Shown: positions 62,835 to 64,000 of the stretch, piece after piece | Position numbering within the stretch: the stretch's first letter is position 1 | Layout of the letters: the number at the start of each line of letters is the position of its first letter | NCBI GenBank assembly: GCA_963704165.1 | Contig: CAVPHD010000009.1 | Span: 160,001-224,000, forward strand | Length of the DNA: 64,000 nt | Origin: an uncultured delta proteobacterium | GTDB lineage: Bacteria; Myxococcota_A; UBA9160; SZUA-336 | Direction: 5' to 3' | The notes under the pieces: generated by a model | What the model was told of the DNA's origin: nothing | Seen by the model: only the letters and a program-made list of their open reading frames with translations | Databases searched by the model: none | Position numbers and translations under genes: made by a program

Positions 62835-63368
62835 ATGGCGTTGTGGAAGAACAGGGGCGACGGTGACGAGCCCGAGCCGAAGTCCGAACCGACGAGAGTG
62901 ACCAGCTACGCGCCGCCCGCGGGACCGCCCGGTCCCGGTGAGCGCCGCCTCCCGGGGGGAATCGAGATGGCGAACATCGGAAAGTCGATCAGCATCAAGG
63001 GGGACGTCGTCGGCGACGAGGACACGATCCTCGAGGGGCGGGTCGAGGGGCGTGTCTCGCTACGCAATCACCACCTGACGATCGGCCCGAACGGAGACGT
63101 CCAGGGCGAGGTCGCGGCCAAGCAGGTCACGGTGGTCGGCAAGGTCTCCGGCAACGTCGTTGCGAGCGAACGCATCGAGGTGCGAGAGAGCGGGCGGATC
63201 CAGGGCGATCTGATCGCGCCGCGCCTGACCGTCGCCGAAGGCGCGATCATCAACGGTGCGATCACGATGAAGGAGGTGGGCGCACTCGGGCAGGCTCGGC
63301 CGGGTGAGAAGAAGCCCGACCTCGCAGCCAGCCCGACACCGGCGCCCGGGATCCAGAAGGTCGGCTGA
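62835..63368 (+). CDS. Bactofilin (polymer-forming cytoskeletal protein)
   Basis: IGKSISIKGDV...LEGRVEG...GKVSGNV...GDLIAPRL...GAIING; AGGAG RBS. Confidence 0.92.
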   Translation: MALWKNRGDGDEPEPKSEPTRVTSYAPPAGPPGPGERRLPGGIEMANIGKSISIKGDVVGDEDTILEGRVEGRVSLRNHHLTIGPNGDVQGEVAAKQVTVVGKVSGNVVASERIEVRESGRIQGDLIAPRLTVAEGAIINGAITMKEVGALGQARPGEKKPDLAASPTPAPGIQKVG

Positions 63369-63380
63369 GGAAGAAGGCGC

Positions 63381-64000
63381 TCAGCTCGACGCGCGCGCCT
63401 TCGAGCCGGCCTTCGCCGGCAGCGCGTGGCCGTAGCGCCGCGACAGCCAGATCAGGAGCGCGCTCGCGACGTAGATCGACGAGTACGTTCCGATGATGAT
63501 CCCGATGAAGAGCGCGAGCGCGAAGCCGCGCAGCACCGGCCCGCCGAGGACGAGGATCGCGAGCACCGCGAGCTGGGTCAGGCCCGACGTCAGGATCGTG
63601 CGAGACAGCGTTCCGTTGATCGCCTCGTTGACGACCGACTCGAGCTCCGTCGTGCCGCGCACGCCCACCGTCTCGCGAATCCGGTCGTAGATCACGATCG
63701 TGTCGTTGATCGAGTAGCCGATGATCACGAGCAGCGCGGCGAGCACCTGCAGGTCGAACTCCCAGCCAAAGAGCGCGAAGAGCCCCGCTGTGATCGAGAT
63801 GTCGTGCACCAGCGCGACGACGGCGCCCGGAGCGTACTGCCACTCGAAGCGGAACCAGATGTAGAGCAGGATCCCGATCCAGGAGAGCAGGATCGCCTGA
63901 AGGGCCGTGCGACGAAGCTCGCCGCCGACGCGCGGACCGATCGACTCTACGCTGCGCACCTCGACCGCTGCGCCGAGCTTCTCCGAGAGACCGGCGATGA
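63381..64000 (-). CDS. secF: Protein translocase subunit SecF (5' end outside the window)
   Basis: IGPRVGGEL, ALVHD, IGYSINDTIVIYDRIRE, GTYSSIYVA. Confidence 0.95.
   Translation of the reverse strand, partial: IAGLSEKLGAAVEVRSVESIGPRVGGELRRTALQAILLSWIGILLYIWFRFEWQYAPGAVVALVHDISITAGLFALFGWEFDLQVLAALLVIIGYSINDTIVIYDRIRETVGVRGTTELESVVNEAINGTLSRTILTSGLTQLAVLAILVLGGPVLRGFALALFIGIIIGTYSSIYVASALLIWLSRRYGHALPAKAGSKARASS

Overview
High-GC, gene-dense core chromosome, most likely from a Myxococcota/deltaproteobacterium-like organism. That placement is inferred from gspC-N with a PilM-like GspL, DivIVA beside yggS-proC, CarD/CdnL near ispD-ispF-cysS and split gcvPA/gcvPB. In order the window holds: a dnaK-hsp20-lon-OmpA/MotB cluster; a type II secretion operon (gspC to gspN); maf-yggS-proC-divIVA; folD and the glycine cleavage genes; an M48/TPR protease; a methyltransferase-MUG fusion; tRNA-Sec; hpf; signalling genes (EAL, hybrid kinase, PP2C, HD-GYP, V4R-STAS); divergent tRNA-Leu/tRNA-Ala; SRAP; a kinase-dCMP deaminase; prmA; gmhB; comEC; uvrCB; cysS; ispFD; carD; tetR-tolC; bactofilin; and partial secF. 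I saw no CRISPR array, integrase, transposase or prophage. Several genes are broken by single-base insertions that look like long-read errors. The most notable observations are a GspD secretin with a C-terminal SPOR domain, an orphan RsbR-like V4R-STAS protein coupled to an HD-GYP regulator, the SAM-methyltransferase/uracil-DNA-glycosylase fusion, a recurring leaderless TANNNT-N6/7-start design, and two sigma54-like promoters with identical geometry. All family calls come from motif recognition by eye; no database search was run.
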